A stretch of 64,000 nt of DNA from Lama glama. Its lineage: Eukaryota. The stretch is taken from assembly GCA_028534125.1 (NCBI GenBank), contig CM052816.1, forward strand, positions 42,596,001 through 42,660,000. The letters are read 5' to 3'. The notes under the pieces are model-generated. The model was not told the DNA's origin and did no database searches. It saw only the letters and a list, made by a program, of their open reading frames with translations. Shown here piece after piece: positions 13,920 to 24,174 of this stretch (its first letter is position 1; the number at the start of each line of letters is the position of its first letter). The translations under genes were made by a program, and so were the position numbers.

Positions 13920-14425
13920 TGCTGCGTCCAGCGCAGCTCGGGACTGTGTCTGAGGACGGGTGATGCAAGAATTAAGAAACAAAGAGACAAAGCAAAGAGC
14001 AAAGATGGGACCAGGGGACTCTTAAGATCCTGTGGGTCCAGAGTCCGGAAAGCCTGGTCAACATCATATTTATTAGGAGTATACAGCTCAGAAAAAAATG
14101 CAATCAAAGAGATGAGGCTTTAGATATTCCATGCAATAAGCACTAAGTTCTGCTTGCTGATTAACTGATTAATTTCAGGCCTATCCCTTCCAGGAACAAT
14201 CACCCACCTTGGGGTATGCAAAATTTCTATCTATCCTGTTATTGCCTCCTCCCGGACAACTGGAGATAGCAAATATTTCCCCTGGGCTTAACCGCATGCT
14301 TTCACGCCAGAACAAAGTTCTGTTAATGGATGATCTGGCTTTCCAGGACCATCCATTGTTTTACCCTAAGGAAGTATCTGCCCTCCTTCATGCTCTTGTA
14401 GTCAATCTCAGGATTGCTCACCACA
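13920..14425 (-). mobile_element. ERV (ERV2-like) LTR
   Basis: Minus strand reads TGTGGTGAGC...AATAAA (plus-strand TTTATT ~14069)...pyrimidine-rich U5...GGACGCAGCA. No clear TSD. Confidence 0.55.
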
Positions 14426-14550
14426 AATTCTGTTTAGCATAATATGTGCTATATGTCATCTACTGTGTAAAACATTAAAACAAAGCAAGCATGTGCATTT
14501 TAAGCAAGCAAGTGTGAATATAACATTTTAAGTTCATGGAAATTTAGGTG

Positions 14551-14620
14551 TGGCTTGTTTTCCAGCTGTTCATTTTCCAGAGGCTTGTTTTCCAGTGGCT
14601 TGTTTGCAGCTTGTTTCCCA
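14551..14620. repeat. Degenerate 15-bp tandem repeat, ~4.7 units (consensus TGGCTTGTTTTCCAG)
   Basis: Units TGGCTTGTTTTCCAG / CTGTTCATTTTCCAG / AGGCTTGTTTTCCAG / TGGCTTGTTTGCAG / CTTGTTTCCCA. Confidence 0.85.
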
Positions 14621-15695
14621 GCATGCTCCCCCTTTCTTGTGTGTCCCTCTAGAGATGGTCTATACATATTCAAATAGATGAAGTTGTGGGAAACTAACCT
14701 GGAGTGTTTTTATTTTTCACTGACTGTGACATAACCATGCTGTGTCTGATCTCCCTTCTCCTACTGGGTGCACAGAAGATGAACAGATCCCACAGTTTTC
14801 TATTCACATTGAGTTATTAGGAGTCTTGACAAATCTAGCTTAAAATTCCAATCTCATATCAACTCAAACCCCACCCCCGTAGCTGCCCGGGGGGGGGGGG
14901 GCACCTGTGGTGGGCATATCTACTTCTTCACTCTGGTCCCCACTGGCTCTTAGAGTAGACAGGGGAGGGACATGATTGGTTCTGCGATATCTCTCCCTCT
15001 CCTTTTTTAAGGCTGGGGACTGGGAGGGACAACAGGGAAAACAGACAAACGTCTCTTAACTGCTTACATTGTGGCCCTCACTCTGTGAATGGTCACAGCT
15101 TCCTGCCCAACACTAGCTTTTGAGTGGCTAGCATCTGAATGCATGTTCTTTGAGGCTCATAGTTAAGCTCTTCGGAGAAGGTCTCTCTCACACAGTTTCC
15201 CCCTTGTGGCAGATCTAGCTGCAAGCTGACTTCTTCCAGCCTCCTTGGGCTCCTGCTGCTCAGGTCTCCTTACTTGGTGACAAGCAAGAAGACAGCTCAA
15301 TGCTGTCACCCTCCATGGTGTCCATTTACACCATTGGAAGCCATGCATCTCTTCCAAACCAGATCCCAAACTCCCTCCCAAGGCTCTTCACCCTCCTCAG
15401 CAGGCACAAGGCAGACCAAGGCATCGACAACCTGAGCAGCTGACCAACTGGCAAGTGAGGTACCAGTCTCTCTTGTTGCAGGTACACTCCAATCTTCAAG
15501 AATGTTTCTCTTGGAGTCCTTCTCACTTGGCTTGGGAGAGGACAAGGAAAAACCCCAGCACTTTTCTAGGCCAACCAAGGTATGGGGAGGTGGCAGGGAG
15601 AACATGCTGATGATCATAGGGTTGTTTTCATCATTTCTCAGCAGCCCAACAGTATTTACCCTTCTTGATTCCCAGCATTGGCCTCCCAATACTAG

Positions 15696-16034
15696 TGTAA
15701 AAACAAAGCCCCGCTCAACATGTATTTCTTTTTATACAAGTGGCACTGGGCTGCTGCCATCTCCACCACTCCTTCACAGACCCTAAATTTCTCACCTCAC
15801 ATACAACCAATCAGAGGATGGTGCATGCATGCAGCCCCCAGCGCATCAGGTTCACCAGCCCTTACCCATAAAAGACGTCAACAACAATCGACGGCTCACA
15901 CAGGCACTTCTCGTCTGTGTAGCCCACTGTTGTCAATGGCAGTGTAACCTAATCAACTCCTTCTCTATTTTCATTCTTTGTCTTTAGTAAATTCTTTCAC
16001 CACCCATGACACCAGCCTGCTGTGTCCCCCAATA
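15696..16034 (+). mobile_element. ERV LTR (family C, LTR18/ERVL-class-like)
   Basis: Shares CCAATCAGA, ATAAAAGAC, CACACAGGCAC..CGTCTGTGT and TATTTTCATTCTTTGTC..GTAAATT blocks with 22418-22923 and 23706-24174. Confidence 0.75.
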
Positions 16035-16191
16035 ATTTGCATAGTAGGGTCAGTTCACTCGAGGTCCAGTTAAGCTCTCTGAGCCTTTATCATCTGTATG
16101 GAGTTAAGCTGAGCTTCACGGAGGGCGTTGGTGCTCAGGTATATCACCAGCTGGAAGACACATCACTAAGAAAAGGCTGGCAATGTGATTT

Positions 16192-16468
16192 TGATACCCT
16201 ATGGGGTCCTCCCTGGTATGAACCCTTTCTGTGTCCCCTGTTTCTTGTTGCAAGGAAATAGGCTTCATTTAGCCTCCCTGACCTACCCTGAGTTCCAGAG
16301 GGCAGGTTCAGACAGTTGCTAATCAGGGAAGGGAGGCAATCCAGAGGCCATGGAGGAACAGTCAAGAAACAATAGTGCAGCCTTGGGGCAGGGTCCTGGT
16401 TCCTCCTCAATGAATATACATAACAGTATCTTTAAGTTCTTCTGTAGGAACCAAGACCCCCCACAACA
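16192..16468 (+). mobile_element. Partial cetartiodactyl ERV1-like LTR
   Basis: Recalled motif GGCTTCATTTAGCCTCCCTGACC..GGAGGAACAGTCAAGAAACAATAGTGCAGCCTTGGGGCAGGGTCCTGGTTCCTCC. Appears truncated. Confidence 0.6.
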
Positions 16469-16599
16469 CTTAATTCTTGTTTATGTTTTTTGGGGGGGTG
16501 CTGGGTCCACCAGACTGCAGACATTCTGATCAAAAGCCAACTTTTCTTTCCAAGGCTATTGTTTCCAGGATCATACCCCTTGCCCCCCCCCCGAATAGA

Positions 16600-17139
16600 A
16601 ACCAATTACTATTATTTAAGTCTCAGGAGGCAGCAGCAAAGAAGAAACAAGAACTGATTAGAACCCACAAAGCCCAAGATAGCGGAGGATTTGACTTCCA
16701 CTGGACCTCGAGTCATATTATACGCTCACTATAATGTATTAGCATAATAAGGACACGCCCATCAGCACCATGACATCTGATGGTTGCCATGACAACAGCC
16801 AAAAAGCCCAACTGAGGATAGAAAAGAAAGGTGATTGGCTCCAGTACACCGGGAAGAAAGACATGATGGCAGAAGCCTTGCATACAAGTCCACGTGGCCT
16901 GAGCAATAGCTGGACCTCCCTCTACTGGCCATCCTGGCTGACCGCCCCCCACTCGAGCGCTTTTCTTCCCTTCTCCCTGCTCAAGCATTTTCCTTCCTTT
17001 TACTCTCAGAGAAATAAAGCAGCTCTTCCACTTGGTCCCTCTGCCCTCTGCCTATGCCATGCAAAATCTTTCACCGCCAGCAGAAAGGGCCAACACTTTG
17101 GTGGGCCTCCTAATTCAGGGGTCTCTCTGTCTGCTAACA
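16600..17139 (+). mobile_element. MER41-like ERV1 LTR
   Basis: MER41-type block CCAAGATAGCG..ATTATACGCTCACTATAATGTATTAGCAT..GACACGCCCATCAGCACCATGACA; AATAAA near 17013. 16674-16778 matches the reverse complement of 19036-19140. Ends approximate. Confidence 0.65.
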
Positions 17140-17731
17140 ATTTTATCTTCACTCCCATTTGGAACCACTATTTTCTTTCTCACAAGCAAGGCTGCGATTG
17201 TCTCTCACATGATGTCTTTGCACACCTGTGCTGTTCTCGTCCTTGTCCTGCCATGATCCACATGAAAGTATAGAATGTTTCTTCTGACCTGAGAGTTGCA
17301 TTCAAGTTGGGTGTGAGCATTCAGTTCACAGCAGGAGCAGGCACCACCCACCATGAGGGACACAGGACACTCCTTTCATTGATTCAAATCCCTGCCTGTT
17401 CCACGAATGGGCCTGGCAGAAAAATGTCCTGGCAGGGATGACAGCATGCGAAGAGGCTAGAGTAGGTGGCCTTTGAGGCCCCTTCCAGACTTACGCTGAC
17501 CTCCCTCTAAGACCATGAGCTTTGCTGGGTAGAGTGGAGCAGAGAGCACCTGCTTTGGACTCAGACATACCTGGGTTTGAATCCCAAGTCCACCACTTCC
17601 CATTCACGAAGCCCTGGACAACCTCCAAACCTGCCCAGGTCTGCTCTCCTACCTGCAAACAGCAGGTAATGATACCTACTATGGAGGGGATATCTATTTA
17701 TCAGACAAATATCATTTTGATAGCCTGCTGT

Positions 17732-18516
17732 TGTTACGGAAATGACAGGCCAGCCAAGAAACAAGCACCACTCGGAGGGTTGGAGTACTCAGATTTATTA
17801 CGCCGGCGGGCTCAGAGGGGCTTCTGCTCCGAAGCTCTGAGCACCTCCAAGACGTGCACATGAGGTTTTATAGGNNNNNNNNNNNNNNNNNNNNNNNNNN
17901 NNNNNNNNNNNNNNNNNNNNNNNNNNNNNNNNNNNNNNNNNNNNNNNNNNNNNNNNNNNNNNNNNNNNNNNNNNNNNNNNNNNNNNNNNNNNNNNNNNNN
18001 NNNNNNNNNNNNNNNNNNNNNNNNNNNNNNNNNNNNNNNNNNNNNNNNNNNNNNNNNNNNNNNNNNNNNNNNNNNNNNNNNNNNNNNNNNNNNNNNNNNN
18101 NNNNNNNNNNNNNNNNNNNNNNNNNNNNNNNNNNNNNNNNNNNNNNNNNNNNNNNNNNNNNNNNNNNNNNNNNNNNNNNNNNNNNNNNNNNNNNNNNNNN
18201 NNNNNNNNNNNNNNNNNNNNNNNNNNNNNNNNNNNNNNNNNNNNNNNNNNNNNNNNNNNNNNNNNNNNNNNNNNNNNNNNNNNNNNNNNNNNNNNNNNNN
18301 NNNNNNNNNNNNNNNNNNNNNNNNNNNNNNNNNNNNNNNNNNNNNNNNNNNNNNNNNNNNNNNNNNNNNNNNNNGACTGAGCTCGTTAGCCCAATAGACT
18401 GACACTAAACTTCAGATTTATGAGTTAGCCCAGCAGAACTCAGATCAGTAATCCGACACTTGTTGCACTTAGATTTGTGACTTAGCTTGTTAGCCCAGCT
18501 GGGCTTTTCCTTCACA
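17732..18516 (-). mobile_element. ERV1-type solo LTR (family A, copy 2), spanning the assembly gap
   Basis: Both gap flanks are reverse complements of the two ends of 10168-10598. Perfect 4-bp TSD CTGT at 17728-17731 and 18517-18520. Confidence 0.9.
17875..18374. other. Assembly gap (500 N)
   Basis: Run of exactly 500 N. Confidence 1.
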
Positions 18517-18631
18517 CTGTGAAAAAGGAGGAAGTAACAGATCTGAAATTGCTGAAAACATTTAGGTTTGGAAGGCACTGCATCAAAGAAGTGGGAAATA
18601 CAGGGAAATGGGGGGCAAGAGAGGATGGCCG

Positions 18632-19228
18632 TGTCCCAGATCTCAGTCAGGTCCCTGGGACGCACCCTATGGAGTGAGGGTCCTTGGCTTCTCACAGAAA
18701 GAATTCAAGAGTGAGCCGTAGTTGAGTAAAAGTAGACTTAATGTTGGAGATATGTACACTCCAAAGACAGAGTGCAGGCCATCTCAGAGAGCAAGAGAAA
18801 GGCCAAGAAGTGGGGTTGGGTATTTAGTTTAAAGTAAAAGTAGATGCACACTCCAGAGACAGAGTGTGGGCCACCTAAGAAGGTAAGAAAGAGCTACCTT
18901 GAGCTGAAGCATGGTGATGCTGATTTTTATATGCTAACACATGTGAGCAACTACTTTGGGGAAGGGGTGGGGATTCCCAGGAGTTGGACCACTGCCCTCT
19001 CTTTGACCTTTCATGCCTTTCATGACTAGCCTCAGAACTGTCATGGCACTTATGGGTGTGTCAATCACCATGCTAGGACATTGCAGTGTGTATAATGACG
19101 CTCAAGGCCCAGTGGAAGCCGAATCTCCTGCTAACTTGGACCTCCAGATCTACTGGGAGTTGACTTTTCTGCCGTCTTGGTGCTAATTGCTTTAATGGTT
19201 GTGCCCTGCCACCTTCCTTCCTGTCTCA
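18632..19228 (-). mobile_element. MER41-like ERV1 LTR
   Basis: Minus strand starts TGAGACAGG. Contains AAAGAATTCAAGAGTGAGCC and an internal ~55-bp direct repeat (ACACTCCARAGACAGAGTG at ~18756 and ~18848). Homologous to the 16600-17139 copy. Confidence 0.7.
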
Positions 19229-19557
19229 AAACCACCTGCTCAACAGCAGAAGCTGTCGTCTTTTACTTCACTGTTTTCGGTTTCATTAGACTAAGCAAGA
19301 TAAAGTCCCTATTGGCGGCTCATGGATTCCAGGAAGTCTGTCCTGGGAACTGGTGGTGAGCACTGTGGTTGCCTCCCCCACACCTGTGTTCCAGTTCCCC
19401 TCCCAGCTTTGCCCAGGAGTCCACTCCTCCCCAGTATAGCCCCTTCCCTCCAGGGAGGCTAAACCATCTCCACTCCAAGCAGGTGCCTGACTCTCTCCAA
19501 AAATGGAGTCATTCCATTCCTTGTGCTAATCTTTGGATCAGGAATGAGCCTGTGAGG

Positions 19558-20033
19558 TATGAATGAAAAATACTGCAAACCATATCAGTAAACAAAGAAT
19601 GGTGAAGCCATCAAATCATCAGCCACTGCCTCCACCCCCCAGTGAAGACATGCCTGCAGCCCAGCCTCTGCAGCCACTCACAATAGTGCACTCTGAGGGC
19701 ACTCAGAATAATAAAGGACAGGATACTACTCCTAGATAGCTAGGTGCTTGTCAAAGGAATGAATTCAATGAGCCCAAATGTTTGCTTCCTTCCATACACA
19801 GAAAAGCACTAAATTCTTTAACTTGAGAGCCTGGTTTTCCTTAGATAAGGAGTAATGTTTTATTGTTCCAACTACCTGGTCTTTGTTGTAAAGCTCCTAC
19901 ATAGCCTAGCTCCTCCCCTACCTCTTCGGAGCAGTCCCTCAGAGCAATCTGAGGCTGTCATCCCGGCTCGAGTCCTTCCGCCAAATAAAACACAAGTCTT
20001 AACTTTTAGGCTGCGCATTTATTTCAGTCCACA
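19558..20033 (+). mobile_element. ERV1-type solo LTR (family B, copy 1)
   Basis: 476 bp, ends ..TTTCAGTCCACA, AATAAA at 19984, 4-bp TSD GAGG (19554-57 / 20034-37). Colinear with 20529-21006. Confidence 0.9.
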
Positions 20034-20528
20034 GAGGCAGTCTGGACCAACAACACTGGATCAGGTTTGGGGGAACTTCAGGAGTGACCCTCTCTCACTT
20101 CCTCTGGACACTTCCTCTGCTGTTTACAGAGATGAGCGATCCCACCGCCAGGCTGAGGGTGAAGCTGTCCCGTGGACAAGGGCAGGGAAACAGAACTGAA
20201 CCCACTGAATTGTGCCAGCCATGAAGTGCTCTACTTCCACACTTTTGGTTTTTTGCATATTATGATTCAAGCAAATTTGAGCTGGGATTTCTGCTCCCTG
20301 GAGCCAAAGGCATCTGAGCAGATGCAGCAGGGATGGACTAGTTCAGAAACCCTCTTTGGCCCTGATGTAGCTACCTTGGGAAGGAGGCACCAATGAAAAG
20401 AAGACCCCTGCTCTTGATGGTGAAAGCCGGTGGTAGACGATAGAATCAGTGTCATGTGTGGCAGAGAGTGAGGGGATCAATTATCCAACAGCTGGGCTGT
20501 CTCTTCGTGCTGGCCCTGAGAACTCAGA

Positions 20529-21006
20529 TGTGAGCAAAAATACTGCAACCATATCAGTAAACAAAGAATGCTGAAACCAAGTCATCAGCGGCCGCCGCCA
20601 CCCCCCAGTGAGGACAGACAGGCCTGCAGCCCAGCCTCTGCAGCCACTCACAATGGTGCACTCTGAGCAGACTCACAATAAGAAAGGACAGGATACTGGC
20701 CCTAGATAGCTAGGTGCTTGTCAAAGGAATGAATTCAGTGAGCCCAAACATTTGCTTCCTCCCATACATAGAAAAGAACTAAATTCTTTAACTTGAGATG
20801 CCTGCCTTTCTTTAGATAACAAGCAATCTTTTATTGTTCCAACTACCTGGTCTTTGTTGTAAAGCTCCTATACATTCAAGCTCCTCCCTTACCTCTTTGG
20901 AGCAGTCCCTCAGAGCCATCTGAGAGGCTGTCATCCCTGCTCGAGTTCTCCCACCAAATAAAACATAACTCTTAACTTTTAGGCTACACATTTATTTCAG
21001 TCGACA
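20529..21006 (+). mobile_element. ERV1-type solo LTR (family B, copy 2)
   Basis: 478 bp, TGTGAG...GTCGACA, AATAAA at 20957. Full-length similarity to copy 1. Flanks CAGA/TGGG do not form a TSD. Confidence 0.9.
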
Positions 21007-22286
21007 TGGGTATCAAGGACACATCAGTGCGCTTAGGGAAGACAGCCCTGACCTGGGGGTGGGCATGTGAGCCCAGGAGATAGACGCGAAGTGTGCTGGG
21101 GGAAAGCGTGGAGGAGGAAAGCCCTGGCTGTGCCACCGTCTGCCTCCTACCTGTTAACACAACTGTGTGAGCACGGATGCTTGGACTGGCTGCAGCCAAC
21201 TGGCAAATGTGAGGGGAGGGCCAGGAGAATCTCAGAGACACTCAGCCAGAGCCCTGGATCCCTGAGCCTCTGAGCCAAATGCCTACACCTGACTTCCTGA
21301 CAGCCAAGAAAAACAAACCCCTCTAATCAAAACCGGTTCCAACTGGGTATTCTGTTGTTTTCTACCTAAAATATCCAAACTGATAAACCCAGTTAGAGGC
21401 TGGGGTTATAAAAGCTGGGGTGTTATATTCTGCTTATTTAGATGATATTCTGAAGTCTAAATCTACATGCCTTCCCTCATAAAGCCCCTTAGAAGGAATC
21501 CAGGTCACAGCCCAAGGGGAATCCTTAACCCTCCATCTAGTCCCCAACCACATCCATCCCAAAGAAGACAGGTAGGAAGCCCTGTGAGATACCCTACCTT
21601 GGCACCAAGAGCTGGGAAAAGAGAGAAACGTAACGCTGCTTCCTTCTCGCTGCCCCTAATCAAGGGCTTAGTGATTCAGTTAAGGAGAAGAGAGAAAGCC
21701 CTTCCGTGAAGCCGAGAGCAAGAGTAAGATCGAACTGGTGAAACACCTGGAAAGGTCAAGCACACAGTCTTGAACTTAAATGACAGCAAGAAACCTCAGT
21801 AGGATCCAGGACTAGTAGGTGACATGCTATCCCTAAACTGAGCCTGGGTCTTAGAAAGGGTGGCAACTTTCTGAGAGCCTTTCCAGCTGTCTCTCTCCCC
21901 TCTCCCCGCCTCAAACCCCTAGTGCTCTATCCACAAGCAGCTACACTCAATGCCGAGTGTCCTCTGTGTCGTTCTTGTGTTTCCTGCTCCCTCTGCCTGA
22001 AGTGCACTTCCCTACCTTGCAGGCTCGTAAACATCGCATCCCTCCAGGTTCAGCCTAGCTCATCTCTGTCAGCCTTTCCCCAGGCACCCTCCAGCTGGGA
22101 ATGATCACTCTCTTTTGCCACCCTAGTGCCCATACAAACTTCTGTTACACCACACAGAATATGTTGTAACACCGTGCTCATTTCCCATGTCTGTTTCCCC
22201 CCCAAAACTATGAACTCCTAAGGACTGGGGCTGCATGTGATCTTTGCGTCTGGCCCAGAGTAGCTAGCTGATTAATAAATGTTTGT

Positions 22287-23209
22287 CATCCTAAGTGAAG
22301 TAAGCCAGAAAGAGAAAGAAAAACACCATATGATATCACTTATATATGGAAACTAAAAAAAAAAAAAAAAAAAAAAGACACACATGAACTTATTTACAAA
22401 ACAGAAAAAGACTCACATGAGGTGCCGACTGGTGCCTGCTGAGGCCCTGTGACCCCCAAACTTCCAGCCCTTAGGCATCTGCCTGCTCCTTTCAGGAGAT
22501 AAACTCCTGCACAATTAACAGCCTTGGGAAATGACTAGTCTCACTGTAGCTCAGGCTGACTTGTCACAACCCATGTCTCCCCCTTACCGGAGTCATAAAT
22601 TCCACTCCCTTGCTGTGTCAGCTCATGCCTCCATCTTACTGGAGTCATAAATCCACTATCCTTCCATATACCAAAGCCCCTTAGCTCACTTGTAGCCAAT
22701 CAGAAATCTGTTCCCCTGTTCCTTTGAGTTCACGGCCCCTTCCCCGATAAAAGACCCTGCACATTCACACTCAGTGGACACACAGGAACCCCTGTCTGTG
22801 CAGCCTGCTGTGGCCTATAGCAGCGAACCTATTAGACTTTCCTTTGGTCTTAAACTGCTCCCTTTCTGGTAAATGCTTCTTACCAACCCACATCACCGGC
22901 CCACCACCAAGTGTCCCCCAACATCACAGATACAGAAAACAAACTCATGGTCACCAGTGGGGAAAGGAGGTAGGAAGGGATAAAATAGGAGTTCAAGATT
23001 TGTAGATACTAACTGCGATATATAAAATAGATAAACAACAAGCTTGTGCTGTACAGCACAGGCAACTATATTCAGTATCTTGTAGTAACCTATAATGAAA
23101 AAGAGTATGAAAAGGAATATGTGGGTATAAGTATGACTGAAACATTATGCTGTTCACCAGAAATTGACACAACACTGTAAACGGACTATACTTCAATTAA
23201 AAAAAAGAA
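22287..23209 (+). mobile_element. 5'-truncated L1, interrupted by an LTR and inserted into an L2 3' end
   Basis: L1 3' UTR (CTAAGTGAAGTAAGCCAGAAAGAGAAAG..ACAGAAAACAAACTCATGG..CTATACTTCAATTAAAAA). 10-bp TSD AAATGTTTGT at 22277-86 and 23210-19. Confidence 0.9.
22418..22923 (+). mobile_element. Solo LTR (family C, ERVL-class-like) nested in L1
   Basis: TGAGG...CCCCAACA with perfect 5-bp TSD TCACA (22413-17 / 22924-28). CCAAT and ATAAAAG promoter motifs; internal GGAGTCATAAAT repeat. Confidence 0.9.
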
Positions 23210-23705
23210 AAATGTTTGTAGGGTGACTGCCTGGGTGGATGGGTGAGGACCAGTGTGCATTCGGGCTCTGGTAACACAGAGATAAGAGCCCCTTTCCTCC
23301 CCTCCAGGGACACACTGTAGATGACAGAGAAGGAATAAAAAAGAACAATGAAATGGGATGAGTCAGGGCACAGCACATGGTGTGAGCTCAGCTGAGGGGC
23401 ACCCAGTCCAGTGGGGAAAGGAGGTATGTGTTCAGGGGTACTTCCTGGTGGATGGTGTTGGGCCAGCAGGAGGCAGGTGCACAGGAACGAGAATCAAGGG
23501 CCTTCTAGACAGAGAGGCAGGTCCAAAGCAACCAAGGTGCGAGCAGCGGAAGTATGGTGATGGCTCAGACTCAGTGTCGCTGGGATAAGGGAGAAATGCG
23601 GGGAAAAGGCAGGGACGACTGATCACAAGGGGCCACATTCCCACTAGGGAATCTGGAATTTCTCCTAGAGAGAAATAGAAGGCTCCTAAGAAAAAGAGAG
23701 AATGC

Positions 23706-24174
23706 TGCAGGGTCCATAGACTTCTGGCAGATTCCTACTCCAAGGTCCCTCAGGTGTCCAGGTGCTGCCCTTGAAAGGTAACAAGAAACATTCCTTTCCT
23801 AGTATACACCTGCCTTAGCTGAACTAACTACCCTAGATAATGATCACCTATACAGTGCCTGGAAGCCTGACCCCTGGAACCAGCCATGTAGCCCTACCTT
23901 TTCATGAGGCCCCCTTCCCTATTACCTCACCATCCACCAATCAGAGGCCTGTACACGAGCCGATCACGCACTCTGTGACCCTGTGCTACCTGAGGTAACC
24001 CTCCCTTACAAAAGATCTCAGCAACCGACCCACGGTGCACACACAGGCACCCCTCGTCTGTGTGGTCCGCGGCTGTCTATGACAGCATACCTAGTAAACG
24101 CCTTTCCTATTTTCATTCTTTGTCATCGGTAAATTATCTTACGGCCTGCGCACAGGCCTGCGAATCCCACAACA
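23706..24174 (+). mobile_element. Solo LTR (family C, ERVL-class-like)
   Basis: TGCAGGG...CCCACAACA. Flanks AATGC/AACAC fit a 5-bp TSD AACGC after CpG decay. Shares blocks with the 15696 and 22418 copies. Confidence 0.82.

Noticed and set aside
14551..14620. CRISPR-like array (also considered for 37261-37338)
   Set aside because: Mammalian DNA, no unique spacers of regular length, and no cas genes.
14889..14901. G13 run as a functional G-quadruplex
   Set aside because: An isolated homopolymer with no supporting context; its length is prone to sequencing error.
16035..16190. Primer-binding site and proviral leader after the 15696 LTR
   Set aside because: ATTTGCATAGTAGGG only loosely resembles a tRNA-Ser PBS, and no gag, pol or env remnants follow.
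16770..17273. 167-aa ORF (likewise 3267-3758 and 37485-37925)
   Set aside because: They overlap LTR or MIR sequence or poly-A/T runs, show no recognisable domain or exon structure, and are consistent with chance.
17812..18405. 182- and 197-aa ORFs
   Set aside because: Artefacts of the N gap.
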